From contig NC_043018.1 in assembly GCF_006345805.1 (NCBI RefSeq), positions 10,974,001-11,038,000 of the forward strand: a stretch of 64,000 nucleotides of DNA, read 5' to 3'. Made by a program: the position numbers and the translations under genes. Numbering within the stretch: the stretch's first letter is position 1; each line of letters begins with the position of its first letter. The stretch is from Octopus sinensis (Eukaryota). A model generated the notes under the pieces. It made no database searches. It was not told the origin of the DNA and saw only the letters and a program-made list of their open reading frames with translations. Below, in pieces: positions 51,440 to 64,000 of this stretch.

Positions 51440-52114
51440 GCTGTTGTTGTTGTTATTTTCGTTATCGCTCTTTCTGCAACTAATATCGCGCTGCCGTTGT
51501 TAAATATTGGTCTGTTTTTTTTTGTTGTTATTTTTACTGTATTACTGTAACGTACATCGCAGCAGTTGTTGTTGTAGTTGTTGTTGTTGCTATTGTTGTG
51601 ACTTTACCTAATATTGTTGTTGTTGCCGTTGCTGTTGTCGATGTTGCAGCTAATACCGTTAATAGCAGTTGTCGTTTAATATTGTTTCTGTTGTAATTAA
51701 ATTCACTCATAACGAAAGTGTTCCACAAAAGAAGTTTAAATTAAATCGATTCCTCCTCCTCCGCCTCTCTCTCTCTACCCCTCTCCCTCCTTTTCTCATT
51801 CTACCTCCCTCTCCCTCCATCTAACCCCTTTCCTTCCCGTCGCTAATCATTCACAAATGCAATAAACACATTAACGTGTTAAGCTACAGGAGATTACACG
51901 ATGTATCCACCATAGAAAAGACTAAGAAAACGAAAAGGAACTTGCTACTTCTAACACAGCCAACGACTTCAATTGCTGCACCACATATTTGCACTTGGTG
52001 CACAATTTTTTTAAACATATATATATAAATATGCATGTATGTATGCATATGTATATAAATACACGTACACACACATACATATATATATATATATGTGCAC
52101 ACACACACACACAT

Positions 52115-52151
<37 letters not shown>

Positions 52152-52176
52152 ATATATATATATATATATTATATAT

Positions 52177-52224
<48 letters not shown>

Positions 52225-52879
52225 TACATATATATGTGTCTGTGTGTGTATTTATATATCTGTGTGCATATATGTGTGTGTGTATTTATATATGTATCTT
52301 TTTATTTATGTATTTTTTGTATCTTTTTTTGTGCTCATTTTTATGTATGTGTGTTTGATGTGGTCTTTTCCTTTACTTTCTGTCTCAACCCCTTTCTGTA
52401 TTCCTTAATTTCTTTCCCCCCCCCTGTTACGAGATTTATTCTTTCAATCCAACACGAATATATTTTCCACATGTGTTGTTGGGAGTGTTAAATTTTGAGG
52501 TTTCGTTTTTATTTTATATTTTTCGTTCGTATGTTTGTTTGTTTGTTTTGTTTCGTTTGTATTTCTTCAACGTATTTTCTAAAAATTTTATTATAATTAT
52601 TTTTATTATCATTACAACACTGGCTCTGTAATATCCTCCACTCGTCACCTCTGTTGGGAAATAAAAGACCCGCTGATTATAAGTAGTAGTAGTAGTAATA
52701 GTAGTAGTAGTAGTAGTAGTAGTAGTAGAGAGGTAGTTGTTATTGTTGTTGTTTTTGTTGTAGTTCAGTAGCAGTAGTAATGGTATTAGTGGTGGTGGGG
52801 GACTGATGGTAGGGGGATTGATGGTGGTGGCGGTAGTAGTAGTAGTAGTAGTAGTAGTGCAGAAGCAGCAGCAACGTTG

Positions 52880-52914
<35 letters not shown>

Positions 52915-53282
52915 GGGGTGTGAAGGCGGCAAGCTTGTAGAATTAGTAGAGCGATGGAAAAAGGAATATTTCTTCCGGCTTTTTACTAATACTTCCGGTT
53001 CTGAGTTCAGATCCTACCGAAGTCAACTTTACATTTTCATTCTTTCGAGGTCGATAAAATAAAGTACCAATCAAGTACTTTGGTCCATATAAGCGACTTA
53101 ACTCTTTACCTTGTGCCAAAATTAGAAAGAATTATTATTATTATTATTATTATTATTATAATTATTATTATTACACGTTGTAAAATCCATTGTATCGTTC
53201 TGTTTTTGCATTTTATGTTGTTGCATGTCTTTCAATGTTTTGTATGTGAACCCCTGTGGCCAATAAAAGAATTAATTATTAT

Positions 53283-53680
53283 TAAGGCGGCGAGCTGGCA
53301 GAATCGTTAGCACGTCGGGCGAAATGCGTAGCCGTATTTCGTCTGCCGTTACGTTCTGAGTTCAAATTCCGCCGAGATCGACTTTGCCTTTCATCCTTTC
53401 GGGGTCGATAAATTAAGGACCAGTTACGCACTGGGGTCGATGTAATCAACTTAATCCATTTGTCTGTCCTTGTTTGTCCCCTCTGTGTTTAGCCCCTTGT
53501 GGGTAATAAAGAAATAGATATTTCGTCTGCCGTTACGTCCTGAGTTCAAATTTCGCCGCGATCGACTTTGCTTTTATCCTTTCGGGGTCGATAAATTAAG
53601 TACCAGTGAAAGACTAGAGTCGATATAATCGTCTCATCCCCTCCACCAAAATGGCAACCCTTGTGGAAAAATTTGAAACC
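53283..53680 (+). mobile_element. SINE family B (MetaSINE-like), representative dimer. Others near 10840-11040, 11610-11825, 18198-19010, 21747-21966, 22957-23186, 27580-27780, 29883-30095, 30540-30760, 43025-43265, 54130-54345, 55960-56130 and 57342-57745
   Basis: Head ggcggcgagctggcaga with B box gagttcaaattcc; central gcctttcatcctttcggggtcgataaattaagtaccag resembles the Meta domain as I recall it. Confidence 0.85.
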
Positions 53681-53954
53681 ATTGTTTAATGGTAGTGGTG
53701 GTGGTGGTGGTACCTGAAAAATAACAGTGGATGGGCGAAAATAATTGGAGCGTCGAACAAATTGCCTATCGTTACTTTGTCCAAGGCCTGCCGCGGTCAG
53801 CTTTTTCTTTCATCCTCCTAGATATCAGTTATTTACTGAGGTCGATGCAATCAGACACATCCACTTCCTCTCCCCTCAAAATGTATGACCATCATAACGT
53901 CTTTACTTGTTCTATCAGAAGTGACACGGCGGGGTTTATGCAATGTAACATCTC

Positions 53955-54031
<77 letters not shown>

Positions 54032-55224
54032 TCTCTCTCTCTCTCTCTCTGTGTGTCTTTCTTTCTTTCTTCCCCCCTCTCTCTCTGACAGTATTTCTCT
54101 TAATGGTTATTAGAATATTATGGTAGGCTAGAGGCGGCGAGCGGCCAGAATCGTTAAACACGCCGGGCAAAATGCTTAGCGGAATTTCGTCTGTCTTCAC
54201 GTTTTGAGTTCAAATTCCGCCGAGGTCGACCTTGCCTTTCATCCTTTCGGGGTCGATAAAAGCAAATACCAGATAAGCCCTGGGGTCCATGTAATCGATT
54301 TAATCCCACCCCGAAATTGCTGGCCTTGTGCCAAAATCTAAAACCAATATATTTTGAGAGACTACTGAATGAGTTATGATACAATGTGTTCATTCGATCC
54401 GCTAGAAATGGCAGCTAAATATCCCAACTTGGACCAGAACACGCCTGCAAGTGTTATCCTTTTTCTATCTAAAAAGAAAAATCCACCAAATAAAACTGTA
54501 AAAACTTGCAGATATTTTGCTATAACTTCGTGGTGCAGCAAAAAGTACCTCCCAGATTCACCGTTCTTGATAACTGTTTTAGCAGAAAAGGCACGATGAG
54601 CACCGAACCATTCGATAATTGTAACTGGGAAAAAACAATGAAACATTAGCTATAGGGGAAAAAAACTGGTATCATTTTTCTAACTGCAGAAGCGCCACAA
54701 CAATAGTCGTGTAAAATATGGGAGATTTTTCTGTCTCACTCTATATTACGAAAGCATTTTATGATTGACAAGCTTTTATTCTTTAACTGAAGTTAAAATA
54801 CTTTCCTTACTCAAAAAAATAATAGGATCAAGGTTTTTTCTTACTAAACTATGCTTAAATCTGTTTTATGTGGAGTTCATTAACATACACTTAGGGTGAC
54901 TAGCGAAATTAACCTTGTGATCCTTGAGTGTGAAGTGAGGTGGACAGGGGAGGCAACGAGTCTAACATATCTGATCTATTTTTAAAGTAGACGCCATTAT
55001 TTTGGTCTCCAAGTTAAAAGTAGTAACGTTGGATTGCGCGCGTGTGTGTATGCGTGTGCGTGTGTATACGTGTGCGTGCTTGTATGTGTGTGTGTGTATC
55101 TGTGCGTTTGTATGTGTGTGTGTTTGTGTGAGTGTGTATGTGTGTGTACATACGTACGTATGCATAGACAGAAAGATAGATTGAGAGACAGACAGACAGA
55201 CAGATAGATAGATAGATGCATACA

Positions 55225-55592
55225 TACATACATACATACATACATACATACATCATACATACATACATACACACATACACACACATACATACATACAGAC
55301 ATACATATATACATACATACATTCACACACACATACATACATACATACACACAACATACATACGTACATACATACATACATACATACATACATACATACA
55401 TACACACAAACATACATACATACATACACACACACACATACATACATACATGCATACATACATACATACATACACATACATACATACATACATACATACA
55501 TACATACATACATACATACATACATACATACATACACACACATACATACATACATACATACATACATACATACATACATACACACATACATG
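55225..55592. repeat. (CATA)n tetranucleotide microsatellite
   Basis: Direct inspection. Confidence 0.95.
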
Positions 55593-58565
55593 CATTCGAT
55601 AACAATCTTCAGTAAACATTTTCATATAAACTAATAAAGATTTTTTTCATCTTTTCAGAACTAATATATTTACTAACAAGATTGATAAAAAAAAAAGAAT
55701 ATTCTTAAATGGCTCTGGAATTTACTGCTAAATTTTCGGAATTTGAGGTTTCTTATTAGATTAAATAAATCTGCTTCCTATAAATCTAAATGTTTGTATG
55801 GAGATGAGCTCCTGAACGTCTTAACTTTCTGTTTATCGCCGTCATCTTCACGTAGTTTTCTATTACCTTAGAAGTAGGCTTTCAATCGCATTTTCCTAAC
55901 CAAATCTTCTAGTTTATCAAATAATACTTTGAAGCAATATTATTTTAAAATAGCTTGGAGAAGTTAAGTCGATTAGCTCTACCCCAAAATTCTACTGGTA
56001 CTTAGATTATCGATCCCGAAAGGATAAAAACGAAGTCGACCTCCGCAGCATTTGAACTCAGAAAGTCAATTTTGACGGAATGCACTAAACATTTTTGTCC
56101 GACGCGATAACGATTCTGCCAGCGCGTCGACTTGATGGCTAAGAATATTTCAATCCACTTTATTCATGTTTCTTTTACCTTATTGTATCACCGATTTTTA
56201 AAAAAGAATGGTGCATGTTTAAAACTAGATCGCATCGTAAGTTACAAAAGAAATAATTAAAATGAAATGTAGTCGATCTCAGCACACGTGAGTTGCGAAA
56301 AAAAGAATGCTCGAAACTAAGATTATTCTTAGCTGAAATTTATAACGGATACAAGACTACCCGTGACCTGTTGGGTCACCAATAATTCAAGGTACTGGAT
56401 AAGTCTGAGTTTCCCAGCAACGGAGTTTTGTTTCGTGTTTTTTTTCTTCTCCAGGTTATTTCGCATGCTTTCAACGAATGTGACATCGAAATCACACGTA
56501 AACGGCTCCTTTCCCCGGTAAAGGAAAGATTTAGCTGCTATTTCTAGCACGCCCTGTTACCACATAACAGGTATTTCGGGTCCTTTATCGCAAATAGATG
56601 TTACGTGGCAAAAGGGCGTGCTAGAAATAGCAACCAAATTTTTGGAGGTGAGATACGTTGAATGCACTCGAAAGAAACTTCTGGAAAAAAACTATTTCAT
56701 ACCGAGGTTACGAACGGGTCTTTCACGAAATATTTACCGCATTTTTAAAGTCATTTTCACTTTAAAATGTTTTGCCCATCATAATGTATCTAATGGATAG
56801 GTTAGAGTTTCTTCCCTTTCAGGGTTAAGTTATTTTCGGAGTATTTTCCGATTATTCACCGTTTTGTGCATTTATACTCGTCAAAACCCTGAATATCTCA
56901 ATAACCACTGGTCCGATTTACGCGAAGCTTGTTTTATTCCGTTTGTATTCTTATTTCAGGGGCACTTTACTTTCAGAGTATTTTCCCATTATGCGCTGGT
57001 TTGGCTGTGTAACATTGCAAGCAAGCAAGCAAGATCTCTGCTATTTTCGAAATTCACCAATCGTTTTTGGATTTCGCGTATCCTGGTTTGAACTTCAGAG
57101 TTGATGGTTTTTCTTTTTCCTTTTTATTTTGGAAATTGAAGTTGGTTAATTGCCTTAAGCAAATCAAGCACAAATGGTATAATTTCAGAATCATTTTCTT
57201 CAAAGGAAACGTTGGTGGCGCTTTTAGGAAATTCCGAGAAACTCAGCTGCAACTTTGATGAGGGTCTTCCTAAAGTTGATCCGGTATGACGGGGTGGTGT
57301 GTGGATTGGGGTTAGGGTTATCGTCGTTATTATTAAGCAGCAAGGTGGCGAGCTGGCAGAAACGTTAGCACGCCGGGCGAAATGCTTAGCGGTATTTCGT
57401 CTGCCGTTACGTGCTGAGTTCAAATTCCGCCGAGGTCGACTTTACCTTTCATCCTTTCGGGGTCGATAAATTAAGTACCAGTTCCACACTGGGGTCGATG
57501 TAATCGACTTAATCCGTTTGTCTGTCCTTGTTTGTCTCCTCTGTGTTTAGCCCCTTGTGGGTAGTAAAGAAATAGGTATTTCGTCTGCCACTACGTTCTG
57601 AGTTCAAATTCCGCCGAGGTCGACTTTGCCTTTCATTCTTTCGAGGTCGATACATTAAGTACCAGTTCCGCACTGGGGTCGATGTGATCGACTGGCCCCC
57701 TCCCTAAAAAATTGCAGGCCTTGTGCCTAGAGTAGAAAGGATTATTGTTACGTAATACTGCACCACCCTCTAAACTTCTTTTGACGTCAAACCCACTGAA
57801 CTCTTCTCTCCACGCATCCCTAAAGATCCAGAGTCTCCGAGCCCACTTATACCCTACACGTCCCAGCTTGTACCCCGATCCCACTTACATCCCACACATC
57901 TCACTTCATGATCCCCTCATAGCCATTTATACTCAAGACATCATCACTTATATCCCGGTTCCAGTCACACCTTACCCTAATTAACACGCAAACCACACAT
58001 TTCGATTCCTTCAAAGACAAATATCTCAACCTCTACCTTTATGGTCCATCTCTGCTGCCCATGTTACACTCTTTTTTCACGAATTTTACTCTGAAAAGTT
58101 GGTAAATTCTACTCACCCCTCATTTAATTTGGATACCGCGACAAGGATTTCTTATTGCATTAAATACTTTCCTGCATCTTTAAATATTTGGCTTTCATCT
58201 GCTGCTTTCCAAACTCTACCAACCACCCGCAACCCTGTCTCTCCCTACGTTACTTCTTCCTGCAGTTATTGCTCTTGGTGACTCAACGTTCATTGGTTCA
58301 TTGCTTTTCTGGCTCTCTCTATCGCTCTCTTTAATCGAGAATGTAAAAAAGGAGAAAGCAAAGTCTTCAGTGTAAGTATGTGGTTTGTGGGGTCAACCGC
58401 GTCCTCCGCTTCATTTTTTGTTAATCACTCATTCTCATTTAATTGTATATATTTTAATTGTTTGTTTATTCATACGTTTCGTCTCATTCGATACCCTGAC
58501 CCCAACGTTTGTTTTGTCTGTCCCCGTATTGTCCCCTCTTTTTCTCAACCTTATGGTGAATAAAG

Positions 58566-58612
<47 letters not shown>

Positions 58613-59644
58613 GCGAATTCGAATTTCTTGCAGTCTTCAACTCTGTATTCAGTTAGTAGAACCCTTGGCTGATATCCAGACATTTCAAATCCATTCTCTA
58701 TAAAACCATGATCGGTTCTGTACCAACGGGATCGTCCAGGCACTGATGCTGTACATTCACATATTACGTAATACGACCCTTCCAGTGGGGGCGCCACTAG
58801 TTCTGTATTAGCTTTCGTTCTCAATACATGTGCTTCATCCTTGATCAGTCAGTGACGTGTGGGTGAGAAAGAGAGAGAGAGAGGCAGGGAGAGAGAGAGA
58901 AAGAGAGAGAGAGAGAGAAAGAGAGAGATGCTAGCAAATGAAATCATCCTGTAATGCTTATTTCTTCACATCCCACACACATCCAAATCTCATAACCCCA
59001 GTCCCTCAAGTGACTCCCTCATAACAATGTTGCAGCAGTCCGAGCCTAGAAAAGGGCCAACAAAACTTATATGGACAACCGACCACTCCTGATAGCCAGA
59101 TGGTTTTTATTCGTGAGCACAACTCCTGCAAAGTCATCGGCTGAAACGCAAACCTTCCTCCGAGCATTGCACAACATGTAAGCTTTTGTATCTCTCAAAC
59201 CGAAGCCGGTCCTTTTGATGGTTTTGTCAAAAGATTATTTCGAGCGTTGGACAAAATGCATTGCAATATTTGTTTCAGCTTCTACATTCTGAATAGTCAA
59301 GCTGGTGTGGCGAATATGTCTGCGTGTTCTCTAAAAACTGCTTGTTCCACGCTTGCTGATATTGTTTTTGTGTCTCTTTTTGTCTCAAAGCCGTAGGGCG
59401 CCTGTGTCATCCATGTTTTTAACCGTTACTGTCTCCAAAAAAGATTTTTTCGTTTCATGTTCGTCTCTGTTGCGTTGCATTCTTTCCTTCTGTGGCTGGC
59501 TGATTCAGAGCGGATCTCAGAATTAAACAGCCGAAATCTGCGATGAGGAATCAGTTTCTGACTGAAGAACGAAGGCTTTGAATGACCCGTTTGTCTTTTT
59601 GTTCGTCCCTTCGTGTATTAACGTTATTTATTTATGTAAAGGTT

Positions 59645-59678
<34 letters not shown>

Positions 59679-59793
59679 TCATTTCCTCCACCATATTCTA
59701 GAGAGGCCACTCGTTAGCTAAGCGCTTGAGGACGTGAAACCAAAGGTAAATTCCATAAACCGGCCTATTCTACCTTTTACATTGTCCAGGTAA

Positions 59794-62303
59794 ATGCAGC
59801 TGATGAAGACTGATCAACTGTTTGGGACAAGTGGTGAGTCAGAAAGCAGAGTGGACTTTAGTGCCTACCTGCATGCCTTGCCACGACTCTCAGCAAGGGA
59901 GGTGGAGTCTTGTGAAAAGCCTATCACAGCTGCGGACGTACAGGATGCGATGGTAGGCTGCGCGAGAGACAAGTCACCAGGCTTGGATGGTCTGCCCTAC
60001 GAATTTTATTTTCATATGCCAGACTTGTTTGAGGCGTCTTGGCAGCTGTCTACTGCAACTGGCAGCAGAACGGGAGTATTCCTGCTTTTGTAAAGCGAGG
60101 AGCAGTGGCACTGATCAAGAAAGACCCAAACAAGGGGGACGTCATAGATAATTTCAGGCCCATCACTCTGCTCAACGCAGATTTGAAAATTTTGGCCAAG
60201 GTGTTAGCCGAGAGGTGGCGCTTGTCATCAAGAAACTAATCGACAAGGCGCAAACATGCGCCGTGCCGGGTAGAAGTATTCATGACAACCTCCATCTAAT
60301 GCGCTACATCATAGACAGGGTAGTTAAAATCCTGGCATGGGTGGGGCGCTGATCAATTTGGATCAATCAAAAGCTTCGATAGGGTAGACCATCACTACTT
60401 GGAGGCTGTCCTCAAAGCGGCTGGTTTCGGTCCAGTTTTCCGCGGTTGGATCGCTGCCTTATACAGCGGCATCCGCTCAGTAGTTCGCGTAAATGGTCAT
60501 CTATCCAGACCTTTTAACATCATGCGTTCGGTTCGTCAGGGATGCCCCCTCTCATCGCTGCTGTATGTACTGACTCTCGAGCCACTACTGCGGAAACTGG
60601 CGACGCTGAGGGGCATCCCACGAGAGCTGGGATGCGGGAGGAGCGTGTCTGCATACGCGGATGACGTCACCGTCATAGTGTCGAGCTACCAGCACATCGA
60701 GCTGGTCGGCGAGACACTGAAAGAATACGAAGCGGTAACGGGAGCAAAAATTAACCGGGAAAAGTCAGTGGGCTTGCGGCTCGGCACCTGGAGAAGCAAG
60801 CCCATGCCGTCCAACAGCGTCTCCATCGTGGGACGCTGGACGGACGGACCGGTTAAATTGCTCGGGGTCTGGTTCGGTCCGGACCTCCAAATGGAGAAGA
60901 ACTGGGGAGGATAACGACTAGGGTGGCTACTCTCACCCAGAAATGGACTGAGAGAAGCTATCCCTAAAAGGTCGGGCGGAGGTGGCGAACGCGTACATCG
61001 CATCCGTCATCGAGTATCGTCTGACCGTCGTGCCTTGTCCCGACCCTACCATCACCAAACTGGAACGCATACTCTTCCGCTTCTTGTGGAAGGGAAACGT
61101 TCCGATGGTTAGGCGATCCATTTGCTGCCAACACCCGCTAAATGGAGGGCTGGGCATGCCGTGGTTGATGATGCGCAGACATGCGCTGAGACTGCGACAT
61201 CTCCGGCGCTTCATAGACAACGGTGAACAGGGGTGGTCGCCTTTTGTGCGGCGCGCTTTCCCGCAGCTCGTCTCCTTGGACGAACTACAGTCATGGATCA
61301 AGCAGAGACCGAGGCTAGGCGAATGGCACCGCGAGTGTCGCGTTGCTCTCAAGCAACTCTGCCGTCCGGGATCGAACTTGTGCGACTCCATCACAACAAA
61401 GGCATTCTATAGAGGATTAGTGGAGCGTCGACGAGGAACACCTGACCCGCCTGTTCAGGACAACTTTCGGGCCGGGACCTATGAACAATCACCAAAGATC
61501 CCTGGCCTGGCAGTGCTATCGAGAAGCATTACCTGTTCGGGATAAGCTCTACAGACACGGTTCCAGACACACTGGACCGACTTGCCCGAGATGCGGTCAG
61601 AGCGACGAAACCGTTCTGCACGCACTCGTGCAATGTCCAACCATTTCCGACCTGTGGGCTTATGCCGAACGGCTGCTGTCACGTGTGGGACGAATCCGCC
61701 TATCGGCCGAGTCTATCGTGAGAATTGCTCCGCCCCCTTCCCTCAACCGGGAATGCAAGGCAGTTTTCATCGTACTGGTGGCCATGGTGAAAGAATGTGG
61801 TGTGGTGGACTCGAGCGAAACGATTAGAGACAAACACTTACCTCTCTGGCCAATCGCTCATCACTTTTTCAAGTACCACTTGAAAAGGAAGGTGAGAATG
61901 GAGAGGGAAGTTTTGTCTCGCGAAAGATTCAAAAAAAGATGGGTGAATGTTGCAAAGATGGTGCGTGCTAGTAACGAAACCATTTTGAGCATGATCCTGT
62001 AGATCGTAAAAAAAAAAGAAAGAGAGCATTTTTGACCTCATGTGTTTATTTCCTCCCTGACTGGGGTTCCGTGGTCTTTTCTGTAGGCCTTTCTTCCCAC
62101 GGATGAACCCAATCTTGTTATATCAATGTTTACACCATTATTTCTGTGATACACGATTTTTTTTTTTTTTTTTTTTTCCTCCTCTCGATCCCTTTTGATC
62201 GCAATCTTACATTTTTAATTTTTTTCCACCCTCGAAAAGAAAAGCTCTGCATTTGTATTTGTCCCCTCTGTATTCAGCCTGTGTGGCTAATAAAAAAAGG
62301 TCT

Positions 62304-62306
<3 letters not shown>
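59794..62306 (+). mobile_element. 5'-truncated, frameshifted Tx1/L1-clade LINE
   Basis: KSPGLDGLPYEFY, NFRPITLLNADLKILAKVLA, VRQGCPLSSLLYVL and AYADDVTV RT motifs; C-terminal CPRC..ETVLHALVQC knuckle; 3' UTR followed by about 650 bp of (TCTA)n. Confidence 0.9.
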
Positions 62307-62960
<654 letters not shown>

Positions 62961-63607
62961 CCTATCTATCTAAATATCTATATATGTGTTTGTAGACAAT
63001 TGAAAAGAATTAAATGATAGCATTGCAGTTGCGAGTGTGTCTCCTGGCAACCAATATTTTTAGACCCAGTTCGTCACTGTATATATACATATCACGACAT
63101 CCCACTATTGGCCAGACTGCCGGATGTTGTTATACATCGCTTGTCACAATGAGCATTGTTTTAGCCTTCGAACGATGCCACGCAGCCGGCTCGGCGAGTA
63201 GGCCCACGTTCCCCCCTGATCGGAAGGACATTCCGTCTTAGGTTTGCAGTTTAACAGCCGAGTGGGCCGCAGCAACGTGGCATGAAGTGTTTTGCTCAAC
63301 AACGCAATATAAGCGCGCTACACACACACACGTACACATATAATGCATACATACACAGACAGTTTTTTTTTACTTGTTTCAGTCATTTGACTGCGGCCAT
63401 GCTGGAGCACCGCCTTTAGTCGAGCAAATCGACCCCGGGACTTATTCTTTGTAAGCCCAGTACTTATTCTATCGGTCTCTTTTGCCAAACCGCTAAGTGA
63501 TGGGGACGTAATCACACCAGCATCGGTTGTCAAGCATGCTAGGGGGACAAACACAGGCACACAAACATATACACACACATACATACATATATATATAATA
63601 TATAATA

Positions 63608-63629
<22 letters not shown>

Positions 63630-63638
<9 letters not shown>

Positions 63639-63862
63639 ATAATAAATATTAGGGAATAAATCCAAATTTACAGGGGGAAAAAATCAGATTTAGGATTAAA
63701 TCGATTTTATAGTAAAATATTATAAAATATTATTCGAGACAAAACCACTATTTTGCAAAACAAACAAGGAAAGACTTAATCAATACATAAATTTATGTAT
63801 TGATTAAGTCTTTCCTTGTTTGTTTTGCAAAATAGTGGTTTTGTCTCGAATAATATTTTATA
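63630..63862. repeat. Insertion ending in a perfect 142-bp palindrome (63721-63862, no spacer)
   Basis: Centre between 63791 and 63792; arms match base for base. Lies in the central microsatellite of a family A SINE. Confidence 0.9.
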
Positions 63863-64000
63863 TATATATATATATATATACATATATTCGACAGGCTTAT
63901 TTCAGTTTCCGTCTACCAAATCCACTCACAAGGCATTGGTCGGCCCGGGGCTATAGCAGAAGACACTTTGCCCAAGATGCCACGCAGTGAGACTGAACCC

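Larger units (their letters stand above)
43200..51700. repeat. Large imperfect (TAT)n/(TGT)n/(TCT)n trinucleotide field hosting the Dong-like LINE and three short elements
   Basis: Arrays at 43620-43733, 44214-44345, 44903-45610, 49329-49665, 49830-50292 and 50769-51430. These explain the low-complexity ORFs here. Confidence 0.95.

Noticed and set aside
56537-56631. 19-bp perfect inverted repeat with 57-nt spacer
   Set aside because: Both arms are the common ctagaaatagc repeat motif found many times in the window; two adjacent copies explain it.
58606-58824. 72-aa ORF as an exon of an unknown gene
   Set aside because: No recognisable domain or supporting splice partners; lies among repeat fragments.
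59085-59160. Degenerate hammerhead (ctgata-gccagatg...catcggc-tgaaac)
   Set aside because: Core lacks G8, has an extra base before GAAA, and helices I and III do not pair.

Overview
AT-rich, microsatellite-dense animal genomic DNA, not prokaryotic. The repeat families resemble those I recall from octopus genomes (inference, no database search). Three spliced housekeeping genes can be built from the sequence: OSTC (minus strand, exons 1-2 here, remainder left of the window), MRPS2 (plus, 3 exons, exon 1 tentative) and C12orf57/protein C10 (minus, 3 exons, complete 142 aa). The rest is mostly mobile DNA: two tRNA-derived SINE families, RTE, R4/Dong-like and Tx1/L1-like LINEs, piggyBac, Tc1, Merlin and Helitron relics, several MITEs and long simple repeats. 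The best lead is a non-coding element with a 475-bp unit at 41537-42269. It carries a complete type I hammerhead ribozyme fold, a 159-bp terminal direct repeat and a 100-bp inverted repeat, like a Penelope-dependent or retrozyme-like element. Three further hammerhead-like motifs sit in other (TA)n-embedded elements. Other leads: a (TAA)n-embedded cluster of one Dong-like LINE and a 550-bp non-autonomous element, a SINE tail shared with the Tx1-like LINE, and a two-step triplication of the MRPS2 3' end. All RNA folds and alignments were done by eye and need computational confirmation.
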